From NCBI GenBank assembly GCA_036735545.1, contig DAINOD010000007.1, positions 2,972 to 66,971 on the forward strand: 64,000 bases of DNA. The letters run 5' to 3'. Shown here piece after piece: positions 46,709 to 55,279 of this stretch. The position numbers and the translations under genes are program-made. The notes below the pieces were generated by a model. It was not told the origin of the DNA and did no database searches. It saw only the letters and a list, made by a program, of their open reading frames with translations. The stretch is from Rubrimonas sp. Lineage in GTDB: Bacteria; Pseudomonadota; Alphaproteobacteria; Rhodobacterales; Rhodobacteraceae. The stretch's first letter is position 1. Every line of letters begins with the position of its first letter.

Positions 46709-48091
46709 ATGCTGAACCAAAGCGTCGCCCTCTTCGGCTCGACCGCCCCTGCCGCCCGCCCCGTCGTCTCCGTGGTCGGGCTCGGCTATGTGGGCGCCGT
46801 CTCCACCGCCTGCCTCGCAGGCCTAGGCCACCGCGTCGTCGGCGTGGACGTCGACCCGGTCAAGGTTCAGGCGGTCGGCGAAGGGCGCTCGCCGATCCAC
46901 GAGGCCGATCTCGGTCGTCTGCTCTCCGAGGGCGTCGCCGCGGGTCGCATCTCCGCCACCCACGACCTGCCCGCCGCTGTGGTCGCCTCGGACGTGACCT
47001 TCGTCTCGGTCGGCACGCCCACCGCCGCCGACGGCGGTTGCGACCACCGCTACATCGTCGCCGCCGCGCGCGGCATCGGCGAGGGCCTCAAGCGCAAGGG
47101 CGCCTTCCATGTCGTCGTGATGCGCTGCTCGATCCCGCCGGGCTCGACCATGGGCGTCATGGTCCCCGAAATCGAGGCCGCCTCGGGCCTGACCGCCGGC
47201 CGGGACTTCGGCGTGTGCTTCAACCCCGAGTTCCTGCGCGAAGGGGTGGCGGTCGCCGACTTCCACGCGCCGCCCAAGACGGTGATCGGCGTGACCGACC
47301 CCGCCACCGCCGCGCTGATGGCCCGTCTCTACGCCGACGTCGACGCGAACCCCATCGTCACCTCGATCGAGGTCGCCGAGATGGTGAAGTATGTCGACAA
47401 CGTCTGGCACGCCGCCAAGGTCACCTTCGCCAACGAGGTCGGCCGGCTGTGCAAGCCGCTCGACGTGGACAGCCACGAGGTGATGAACATCTTCGTGCGC
47501 GACACGAAGCTGAATCTGTCGCCCTACTATCTCCGGCCCGGCTTCGCCTATGGCGGCTCGTGCCTTCCCAAGGAAGTGCGCGCGGTCGCTCACCTGGCGG
47601 AAAGGCTCGGCGTCGACCTGCCGCTGATCGGCGCGCTCGACCGCTCGAACGCCAGCCAGATCGCCGAGGCGGCGCGGATGGTGAAGGCGACAGGGGCCCG
47701 CCGCGTCGCGGTGCTGGGCCTCGCCTTCAAGCCGGGCACCGACGATCTGCGCGAGAGCCCGATCCTCGAAGTCATGGCCGATCTTCTCGACCACGGCGTC
47801 GAGATCCTCGCCCACGACCCCGCGATCACCGCCGAGACGCGCATCGAGGCGCAGCTCGGCTACGTCGCCCACGCCTCGAAGGGCCTCGGGCGCCTCGCGA
47901 GCGGCCTTCGCGCCATGCTGGCGGACAGCGCGGCCGAGGCCGTCGACGCCGCCGACGCGGTGATCGTCACCCACGCGCACCCCGCCTACCGCGCGCTCGC
48001 CGCCGTCGCCGGCAAGCCGGTGATCGACGTGGCGCGACTGTGGATGTCCCGCGCCGACCAGCCCGCCCACCTCCAGGGCATCGGCTGGTGA
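46709..48091 (+). CDS. algD: GDP-mannose 6-dehydrogenase (AlgD-like)
   Basis: Part of ORF 46448..48091. ATG after AGGAG. [75 protein letters not shown]; C-terminal ..LQGIGW. These parallel Pseudomonas AlgD (..[24 protein letters not shown].., ..[24 protein letters not shown].., ..GICW) as I recall it. Confidence 0.8.
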   Translation: [460 protein letters not shown]

Positions 48092-48125
48092 GCCAATCCC
48101 CTCCCCGTTCTTCCGGAGACGAGCC

Positions 48126-48539
48126 ATGACCCTGCACGCACCCCTGCTCGCTGCGCCCTCCGCCGTCCCCGCCGATGCGCCGCTGCACGAGAACCGCCCC
48201 TGGGGCGCATTCTGGAGCCTCGACCGCGGCGCCGCGCATCAGGTGAAGCGCATCCGCGTCAATCCCAAGGGCCGGCTGTCGCTGCAGTATCACCACCACC
48301 GCGCCGAGCGCTGGGTGGTGATCGAGGGCACCGCCACGATCACCGTCGACGACGCCGTGATGAAGGTGAAGCCCGGCGGCGTGGTGATGATCCCGAAGGG
48401 CGCGGTTCACCGGCTGGAGAACCTGACCAGATCCCCCGTCGAGATCATCGAGGTCCAGATGGGCGACTACCTCGGCGAGGACGACATCGTGCGCCTCGAC
48501 GACGCCTACGGACGACCCGGGCGCGTGGCGCGCGGCTGA
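48126..48539 (+). CDS. stand-alone type II phosphomannose isomerase cupin domain (AlgA/ManC C-terminal-like)
   Basis: ORF 48126..48539. ENRPWGAFWSL..VKRIRVNPKGRLSLQYHHHRAERWVVIEGTA..IPKGAVHRLEN..EIIEVQMGDYLGEDDIVRLDDAYGR is the PMI-type cupin. No nucleotidyltransferase domain. Confidence 0.7.
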   Translation: MTLHAPLLAAPSAVPADAPLHENRPWGAFWSLDRGAAHQVKRIRVNPKGRLSLQYHHHRAERWVVIEGTATITVDDAVMKVKPGGVVMIPKGAVHRLENLTRSPVEIIEVQMGDYLGEDDIVRLDDAYGRPGRVARG

Positions 48540-48594
48540 CGCCGGCCGGGGCGGGCGCCCTGCGACGCCGGCATGACCTCCCAACAGCATCGAG

Positions 48595-50703
48595 GTGAAT
48601 CACATGACGACTGCGATCACGCCCGTCCTCGGGACGGCCGGGAACGACGTGCTGCACGGCGCCGCCGGCGGCGACATCATTTCCGGGCGCCAGGGCGACG
48701 ACATCCTTCACGGCCATGGCGGCGATGACCTGATCCATGGCGGTTCGGGCAACGACACGATCCATGGCGGCGCCGGCGACGACATCCTCTACGGCGGCGG
48801 CGGGCCGACGCTGCTGCGGATGGATCGACTGACCATCGCCGAGGATTACCTGGGCCGCGTGACCTTCATCGATGAAGGCGCAGGGTTCCGCAACACACTC
48901 GGAATGTACCGGATTGGCGAGGATGGTACGATTTCGGACGTGCAGATCCTGTTTCTGAACGCCTCGAAGGTCGGATCGGGCGGCGACCTGATCCCGGGTC
49001 AATCCCATGTCGATGTTCCGTTGCAGGCGGGCGACCAGATCGGGTTCTTCATCCTGTCGAACGGCTTCGGGCAAACCACAGGCCGGCTTCCGACCGCGCC
49101 GGGAACGTTCGAGTTCAGAAACGCCGCAGGGCAGCCCGGCAACATCGACAATCAGGGTAACCTGACGCTCTGGCATGTCGCGCCCGATGGCGCGCGGACC
49201 GCCATGCGCACGCAATACGGCACCGACACCTACCATGCGGCCGCGCGCCCCGAAAACAACTTCGCGCTGAACCCCGACAATTTCGGCCACACGGTTGGTC
49301 GTCTGGAAACCCGGCAGGGCGCCGTGCTGCTGGGCTTCGAGGATTTGCGCAACGGGGGAGACAAGGACTTCGACGACGTCATGTTCCGCTTCGATGTCGG
49401 CCAGTCGAATGCACGCGTCCTCGACCCCAACATCGTCTACGGCGCGGATGCCGAGGTGGCGCCCTCGTTCTTCTACGACGCGGACGGCATCCGTCGCGAC
49501 ATGCAGGGCGAGGTCCTCGATCAGGAGAATGACGTCATCCATGGCGGCGACGGCGACGACACGATCTATGGCGGCGTCGGGCATGACCGCCTCCATGGCG
49601 GCGATGGCGACGACGTCATCTACGGCAACTCCGGCGACGACATTCTCTGGGGCGACCGGGGCGACGACACGCTCTATGGCGGCAAGGGGGATGACATCCT
49701 CCATGGCGGCGCAGGCAACGACGAGTTGCACGGCGACAGCGGAAACGACACGCTCCATGGCGGCGACGGCGACGACGTTCTTTACGGTGGATCGGGCGAT
49801 GATGTCCTGCATGGAGATGCCGGCAACGACACGCTCTATGGCGGCGCCGGCAACGACACGCTCTACGGCGGCTCTGGCGACGACGTGCTGGACGGCGGCA
49901 GCGGCAACGACTGGCTTTATGGCGGCGCGGGCAACGACACCCTGCACGGCGGTGATGGCGAGGACGTCCTGTTCGGCGGCACGGGCAGCGACAGGCTGTA
50001 CGGCGGGGCGGGTGACGACATCCTGCATGGCGGGGACGGCAACGACTATCTCGATGGCGGATCCGGCGACGACGAGTTGTATGGCGGGATCGGCAACGAC
50101 GAACTGCATGGCGGGGCAGGCGATGACCTGCTCGACGGCGGCGAGGGCGACGACAAGCTCCATGGCGGGGCCGGGAATGACGTTCTGCATGGCGGGGCCG
50201 GCAACGATCAGCTTTGGGGCGGCACCGGCAACGACATCCTCCATGGAGGTGACGGCGACGACCGCCTTTATGGCGGGGAAGGCGACGACATCCTTCATGG
50301 CGGCGACGGCGACGACCGGCTCGAAGGCGGCAAGGGCGACGACGTCCTCCATGGCGGCGCGGGCGACGACCGGCTGTTCGGCGGCGAGGGTGACGACATC
50401 CTGATCGGCGGCGCCGGCGCCAACGTCCTGACCGGCGGCGCCGGCGCGGATTGCTTCGTGTTCGACGTGGCGGTGTCGGCGACCGACCGGATCACCGATT
50501 TCGAGTGCGGCGTCGACCGGATCGAGATCTTCGGCCTGCTCGGCGAGGGTTTCTCCCCCGTTACATTCCGCGAGGCCAGCTTCGGGATCGACGACGCCGG
50601 GACAGTCCGCATCGCCGAGGGCGGATGGTCGGTCGAGATCACGAACCGCTTCGGAGTCGGCGACTTCGCGGCGCAGGTCTGGGACAGCGTGCTCTTCGTG
50701 TGA
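48595..50703 (+). CDS. RTX (hemolysin-type Ca-binding) repeat protein with central DUF4114-like domain
   Basis: ORF 48595..50703, 702 aa. GGxGxDxUx nonapeptides at aa ~14-70 and aa ~312-620. Central [45 protein letters not shown] matches DUF4114. About 80-aa non-repeat C-terminus, as in T1SS substrates. No signal peptide. Confidence 0.85.
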   Translation: MNHMTTAITPVLGTAGNDVLHGAAGGDIISGRQGDDILHGHGGDDLIHGGSGNDTIHGGAGDDILYGGGGPTLLRMDRLTIAEDYLGRVTFIDEGAGFRNTLGMYRIGEDGTISDVQILFLNASKVGSGGDLIPGQSHVDVPLQAGDQIGFFILSNGFGQTTGRLPTAPGTFEFRNAAGQPGNIDNQGNLTLWHVAPDGARTAMRTQYGTDTYHAAARPENNFALNPDNFGHTVGRLETRQGAVLLGFEDLRNGGDKDFDDVMFRFDVGQSNARVLDPNIVYGADAEVAPSFFYDADGIRRDMQGEVLDQENDVIHGGDGDDTIYGGVGHDRLHGGDGDDVIYGNSGDDILWGDRGDDTLYGGKGDDILHGGAGNDELHGDSGNDTLHGGDGDDVLYGGSGDDVLHGDAGNDTLYGGAGNDTLYGGSGDDVLDGGSGNDWLYGGAGNDTLHGGDGEDVLFGGTGSDRLYGGAGDDILHGGDGNDYLDGGSGDDELYGGIGNDELHGGAGDDLLDGGEGDDKLHGGAGNDVLHGGAGNDQLWGGTGNDILHGGDGDDRLYGGEGDDILHGGDGDDRLEGGKGDDVLHGGAGDDRLFGGEGDDILIGGAGANVLTGGAGADCFVFDVAVSATDRITDFECGVDRIEIFGLLGEGFSPVTFREASFGIDDAGTVRIAEGGWSVEITNRFGVGDFAAQVWDSVLFV
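48634..48804 (+). repeat. N-terminal block of ~6 RTX nonapeptide repeats
   Basis: [53 protein letters not shown] read from the ORF translation. Confidence 0.85.
49528..50454 (+). repeat. C-terminal block of ~34 consecutive RTX nonapeptide repeats (27-nt periodic DNA)
   Basis: aa 312-620 ([24 protein letters not shown] ... [19 protein letters not shown]). The DNA is correspondingly periodic (ggcggcgMcggcgacgac variants). Confidence 0.9.
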
Positions 50704-50708
50704 CAGTT

Positions 50709-50731
50709 CGGCCGCCCGACATGGGCGGCCG
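50709..50731 (+). terminator. GC-rich hairpin 6 nt after the RTX stop codon
   Basis: CGGCCGCCC-gacat-GGGCGGCCG: perfect 9-bp stem, 5-nt loop, read from the sequence. No U-tract follows, so intrinsic-terminator function is uncertain. Confidence 0.45.
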
Positions 50732-50756
50732 AGGCGCTTGCCCCTGCGCAACACGC

Positions 50757-51242
50757 TCACCTCGGCGCCGCATGGATACGGCGCGGCATGAACGCCTCGA
50801 TCGAGGGTTCTCGGAAGTCGGCTCCTCGTCGTGCGACGCGATACAGCTGCCTCGCGGGAAGAGCCGACTTGTCGCCCGTTCCGGTCATCGCATTCGCCGC
50901 GGCGGATAGCTGCCTGGGCAGCGTCACGCCCGTCGCCGCGGTCAAGGCGAGTGGCCGCTGCGTCCCCAGTTCCGGCGAGCGCAGCGCGTCGATGTCCAAG
51001 CGGGCGATACCCGAATGGTGCACATGGCGACAGGAAGGCGTGGAGGTCGGAACTGCGACTGGTGCGAGCGACGGGATCTCGTCCCCGGCGCCCCGCCCGG
51101 CGGGCGGCGGCTTTCGGGAGAAGCCTCCGAGGCGATGGCCGCCCTCGGTCACGTCGCGTGACAGGCCGCGCTTCCAAGGGTCTGCCATCAATGCGGTGCC
51201 TGCCTGAAAGGCGCTGACCGCGGCGACGCGCGTATCGGCCAT
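50757..51242 (-). CDS. hypothetical protein (161 aa), 24 nt downstream of the alcohol dehydrogenase gene
   Basis: ORF 50757..51242. Third-codon positions are mostly G/C in this frame, and it is co-oriented with adh. No family recognised with confidence (see finding on 50757-51242). Confidence 0.3.
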   Translation of the reverse strand: MADTRVAAVSAFQAGTALMADPWKRGLSRDVTEGGHRLGGFSRKPPPAGRGAGDEIPSLAPVAVPTSTPSCRHVHHSGIARLDIDALRSPELGTQRPLALTAATGVTLPRQLSAAANAMTGTGDKSALPARQLYRVARRGADFREPSIEAFMPRRIHAAPR

Positions 51243-51266
51243 CGGCTCCCGGCGCGCAGGGCGCCT

Positions 51267-52340
51267 CTACGGCGTCAGCGCCACCTTCAGGACGCCGTCC
51301 CTCTGGTTGGAGAACAGATCATAGGCCTCCTCGACACGCTCGAGCGGGAACCGATGCGTGACCATGGACGACAGGTCCGCCCGGCCTGAAGCGACGACGT
51401 CGATCAGTCGCCGCATACGCTCCTTGCCGCCGGGGCACAGCGTGGTGACGATACGGGTGTCGCCGAGGCCTGCCGCGAACGCGCCGAGCGGGATCGTCAG
51501 GTCCCCGGAGTACACGCCGAGGCTCGACAGCGTGCCGCCCGGGCGCAGCGCCGTCAGGGCCGCGGCGAAGGTGGCCTGGGTCCCGAGCGCCTCGATCGCG
51601 ACGTCGACGCCCCGCCCGTCGGTCAGACGCATGATCGCCTCGACGGGGTCCTCCGCGCGGAAGTCGATCACGTGGTCGGCGCCCATGCGCCGGGCGATCG
51701 CCATGCGTTCAGGAACGGTGTCCACGCCGATGATGGTCGTCGCGCCCATCAGCTTCGCGCCGGCGACGGCGCACAGACCGATCGGCCCCAGCGCGAACAC
51801 CGCGACCATGTCGCCGATCCGCACCGCGCCGCTCTCTGCGCCCGAGAACCCCGTGGACATGATGTCGGGGCACATCAGCACCTGCTCATCCGTCAGGCCG
51901 TCCGGCAACGGGGCGAGGTTCGCCATGGCGTCGGGAACCCTCACGAACTCCGCCTGGCAGCCGTCGATGGTGTTGCCGAACCGCCAGCCCCCGATGGCCT
52001 TGAAGCCGTGTTTCGTTCCTGCGCCGTCCTGAGAGGCGCAGCCGCACAGGCAGGCGTAGCTGTGGCCGCTGGGCGTGATGGCGCCGGCGATCACCCTCTG
52101 ACCCTCCGCATAGCCCTCGACGCCCGAGCCGAGCTTCTCGATCACGCCGACCGGCTCATGGCCGATGGTCAGGCCTCTCGCCACCGGGTACTCGCCCTTC
52201 AGGATGTGGACGTCGGTGCCGCAGATGGTGGTGGTGGTCACGCGCATCAGCGCGTCCATCGGCCCGATGTCCGGAACTGGCTTGTCATCGAGCGCGATGC
52301 GGCCCGGCTCGACGAAGATGGCAGCCTTCATCATGGTCAT
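51267..52340 (-). CDS. zinc-dependent alcohol dehydrogenase (medium-chain, secondary-ADH-like)
   Basis: ORF 51267..52340. MKAAIFVEPGRIALDDKPVP..TTICGTDVHILKGEYP (catalytic Zn Cys/His context). Rossmann VAVFALGPIGLCAV. Confidence 0.9.
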   Translation of the reverse strand: MTMMKAAIFVEPGRIALDDKPVPDIGPMDALMRVTTTTICGTDVHILKGEYPVARGLTIGHEPVGVIEKLGSGVEGYAEGQRVIAGAITPSGHSYACLCGCASQDGAGTKHGFKAIGGWRFGNTIDGCQAEFVRVPDAMANLAPLPDGLTDEQVLMCPDIMSTGFSGAESGAVRIGDMVAVFALGPIGLCAVAGAKLMGATTIIGVDTVPERMAIARRMGADHVIDFRAEDPVEAIMRLTDGRGVDVAIEALGTQATFAAALTALRPGGTLSSLGVYSGDLTIPLGAFAAGLGDTRIVTTLCPGGKERMRRLIDVVASGRADLSSMVTHRFPLERVEEAYDLFSNQRDGVLKVALTP

Positions 52341-52879
52341 GACGCCCTCCCTGTGTCGGTCATGCTGCGACGATGGCGGCCAAGCGCGCCGCGCGCCCTG
52401 AGTTCGATCAAAGCGCGCGCCGCGCGGATCGCCGCACCTTGCGAAACACCAAGAGCGCCATCGTCCCCGAACCGTCTCGGATCACGTCGCGGCGCTCGAG
52501 CGACGCAGGAGCGCAAGCGGCCGGAATCAGAGCCCGACGGAATGTCGCCTCGGACGGCGACGCCGCGGCGCGCATCGGACTGCCGGACCTTCATGGTCAC
52601 ACAAGAGGAGCGCCGGCGGGCGCGACCATACCGAAGCCTGAGATCAAGCAGGACAGGGCCCCGAGTGACGCCGCCCAAAGGCAGGCGACGCCGGTCAGCA
52701 TGCCGGCGTCGATCACGCTGCGTTCCGATCCCTGGCCTGACCAGCCGCACCAGAACCTCGACCGGGTCTCGCGCGCGATGGCGACCGGATGACCGGCGGG
52801 GTCTCGCTGTACGCCTTCGTGAGCGCCTGGCCCGACTGGGCCTGCCTCATGGCTCAATCTCCCGGCCGGCGGCAGCGGG

Positions 52880-53182
52880 TTGATCGAGCGCGCGCAGCGG
52901 AACCCCTGGAGGTCTTTCGCGCACATCGCAGTCGCGAGACCGGACGCGCCCCCGCCCTTCAAGGCGAAACCCTCGGACCGTCGCCACGATCACCCGCTCT
53001 GGGGGACGCCGCCATTCCAGTTCTGGCCCCTCGGTCTTCTCGCGGCGCCGGAATGGCGAGACCTCGCGACCGACGATGTTCGCTGCCTTCGACCTGAAGG
53101 CGCCAACCGGATGCGCTTCATGGCGCGACAGGCGCTCGACCTGTTTTCACCGTCGAAGTTACCGTCATGCGGGGCGTCGTGA
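52880..53182 (+). pseudogene. stub resembling the N-terminal domain of a class I/II PHA synthase (PhaC_N)
   Basis: ORF 52880..53182. SDRRHDHPLWGTPPFQF...PEWRDLATDDV...ANRMRFMARQALDLFSPSKL parallels the PhaC pattern DRRF.dpaW..nP.f......W...l...v......R.rF..rQ..DA.sPsNF. The frame stops ~10 codons later, and the ~450 aa catalytic part is absent. Confidence 0.35.
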
Positions 53183-53192
53183 TAACGGAGGC

Positions 53193-53930
53193 ATGACGAT
53201 GCGCGCGCGGACACCATGCGAGGCCGCCCGGATCGAAGACCGGCCGCGTGCGGCGCGGGCCGTCGTTCGCGCCGTCGCAGCCGCCTCGCTTCTGCTGCTG
53301 TCTGTGGCGCTCGCCGCTTGCGCGGGGCCCGCGCCGCCGCCGGCCCCGGCGCCGGCGGCGGCCCGGTCGGACGACCACCAGGTTCTCGTCGTCCGCCGCG
53401 GCTGGCACGCCGGCCTCGTGCTCGACCGCGCGGCCGTCGTGGAGACGGGTCTCATGGCCGAGGCGGCGGACTTCGCGCCGGCGCGCCTGATCGAATTCGG
53501 CTGGGGCGACCGGGAGTTCTACACGGCTCGCGATCCGGGCCTGTGGCTGGCGCTCCGGGCGGGCCTCGCGCCGACGCCGTCGGTGCTCCACCTCGCGCCG
53601 CTCGCGGGCCCGCCTTCCGAGCCGGAGGTTGTCGCGCTGGGGCTGTCCGACGATGCCTTCCGAAGGCTCGTCCGGGCGGTCTCGGACACCTTCGACCGCG
53701 CCGCCGGGAACGCTGCGGTCATGCCCGGACGCGGCGCGGGCGACCGCTTCTATCCCGCGCACGGCGCATTCCACCTGAGCAACACCTGCAACACCTGGAC
53801 CGCACGTGTCCTCGCCGCGGCCGGGGTGGACATCGACCCGACTGGCGTGGTGACCGCGGACACGCTCATGCGGCGCACGCGCGCGAGCCGTCTCGCCCTG
53901 CCCGCCGCTGGCGTCGCCCGACCCCGCTAG
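53193..53930 (+). CDS. DUF2459 (TIGR02117-like) lipoprotein
   Basis: Part of ORF 53076..53930. ATG after AACGGAGG. Lipobox LLLLSVALAAC. VLVVRRGWHAGLVL, IEFGWGDREFY and FHLSNTCNTWTARVLAAAG are the family hallmarks as I recall them. Confidence 0.7.
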   Translation: MTMRARTPCEAARIEDRPRAARAVVRAVAAASLLLLSVALAACAGPAPPPAPAPAAARSDDHQVLVVRRGWHAGLVLDRAAVVETGLMAEAADFAPARLIEFGWGDREFYTARDPGLWLALRAGLAPTPSVLHLAPLAGPPSEPEVVALGLSDDAFRRLVRAVSDTFDRAAGNAAVMPGRGAGDRFYPAHGAFHLSNTCNTWTARVLAAAGVDIDPTGVVTADTLMRRTRASRLALPAAGVARPR

Positions 53931-54157
53931 CGCGCGTGGTCGCGCAAGGGCTCGATCAGGCCCTCCATCACCTCGAGCGCGCGGCGGTCGAAGCGTAGCC
54001 GAACCGCCCGGTGGCGAGGTTCCGTGTGATCATGTCCCGGACCCCATAGGTTCAGATTTGAGGATGTCGCGTCGGACTTGGCCGAGACGGACCGGCGCCG
54101 GGGCGATGCGGGACGGCGCGGCCCGGATCGCTTCGCGCCGAGGCCGGCAGTCCGCTC

Positions 54158-54856
54158 GTGTCGGCGACGGCGCATCGGCACGCGGCCTTCCAGGCGCTGA
54201 GACCCGGCCACCTGATGCGCCACCGCGTCAACCGCACGATGCTCAACCGGGTCGAGGTCTCTCGCGGGGCGCCCTCCCTTTGGGAACGGACGCTCTGTTA
54301 TGCGCGTCTGGTCGGGGACCTCCATCTCGGGGAAGTCGCGGTCGCGGCGCTCGCGGTTCTGCCGGACCGGTTCTGGCCGCAGATCATCCTGCTCGCGTTC
54401 TGCGACGAGGCTCCGGACGGGCGCAACATGTGGAGCGCTGCGCGCGAGCAACTGCTGGAGGAGCCTGGACGAAGCCGGATGCGGCTCGACGGGCTCATGA
54501 TCATCACGGGGCTCTGTGTCGGCTTCGCGCTTTTCGGGACGAGTTGGTGGATGCCGGCTGCGGCGCTGCTGGCCCGGGCCATTCTCGTATCGTTCCTCGA
54601 CAACGCCTATCGCTACGCCAACCCTCTCGACGATCCGATGGCCGCCCGTGACCTTTGGCCGCCGCGGCCGCCCCAGGCCGCAATGCTGAACTTCAACCCG
54701 CACGCGACCCATCGCCGCGCCCAAGCCACGCCGTGGAACTGCCTGCCCGAGGCGCAGCGCCGCCTCGGCGGGCGTTTCGAGGGCGGGCTCGTGACCGTCG
54801 CGCTTCGGCAGTTCGCCGGACCGATCGCCGAGTTCGCACTGCAGCGGACACGCTGA
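54158..54856 (+). CDS. hypothetical membrane protein; possibly a decayed fatty-acid-desaturase-family protein
   Basis: ORF 54158..54856 has G/C-rich third positions. The C-terminal LNFNPHATHRRAQATPWNCLPEAQRRL resembles the desaturase third His box (HxxHH ... PW..LP), with the last His replaced by Arg. The N-terminal His boxes are not clearly intact. Confidence 0.3.
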   Translation: MSATAHRHAAFQALRPGHLMRHRVNRTMLNRVEVSRGAPSLWERTLCYARLVGDLHLGEVAVAALAVLPDRFWPQIILLAFCDEAPDGRNMWSAAREQLLEEPGRSRMRLDGLMIITGLCVGFALFGTSWWMPAAALLARAILVSFLDNAYRYANPLDDPMAARDLWPPRPPQAAMLNFNPHATHRRAQATPWNCLPEAQRRLGGRFEGGLVTVALRQFAGPIAEFALQRTR

Positions 54857-55279
54857 GCCCCTGCCGCTTCAAATCGTGGATCAAGACGATCTCTTCCAAT
54901 GTGTTCACCCGCGCGCCCCGTCGTTGGGGGCCAGCAGGGGAGGTGTTCCGGCCGCCGCCGTCTTGCGGGGGCATGCCCTCCGAAAAACGGCGCTCACAGG
55001 CGGGGCCGATCGTCTCGTCAACGCCCGCATGGCCCGCACCCAGCCCATGCGCTGGCCGGAGCGCCGCGCGTTCGGCGTCCTCCAGCTCCGCCCCGCGCCT
55101 GAAGCAGCACGTCTCCCGGCAGAAGCTCGCGGCCGGAAGCCTACAAACTCGGCAAGGTCCCTCCGCTGCATCGCTCGATCCCGCTCCGGCGACCCCCCTG
55201 TCCGGCGCGACGCGCAACTGGGTCGGCGCGCCGCACGGGGCCGCGGAGGACGGGGAGCGCCAGGATCGCCGCGGGCTCG

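Noticed and set aside
49528-50454. Periodic DNA checked as a possible CRISPR array or tandem-repeat non-coding element, as was the GAY tract at 11112-11156.
   Set aside because: The repeats are 27-nt and 3-nt in-frame coding repeats, with no unique spacers and no cas genes. They are explained fully by the RTX nonapeptides and the poly-Asp tract.
48445-51177. 910-aa minus-strand ORF with striking periodicity (..VVA.AAMEDVV..) that looks like a repeat protein.
   Set aside because: It is the reverse complement of the RTX GGxGxD repeat array, so the periodicity is inherited. The plus-strand frame has canonical RTX and DUF4114 features and a terminal hairpin.
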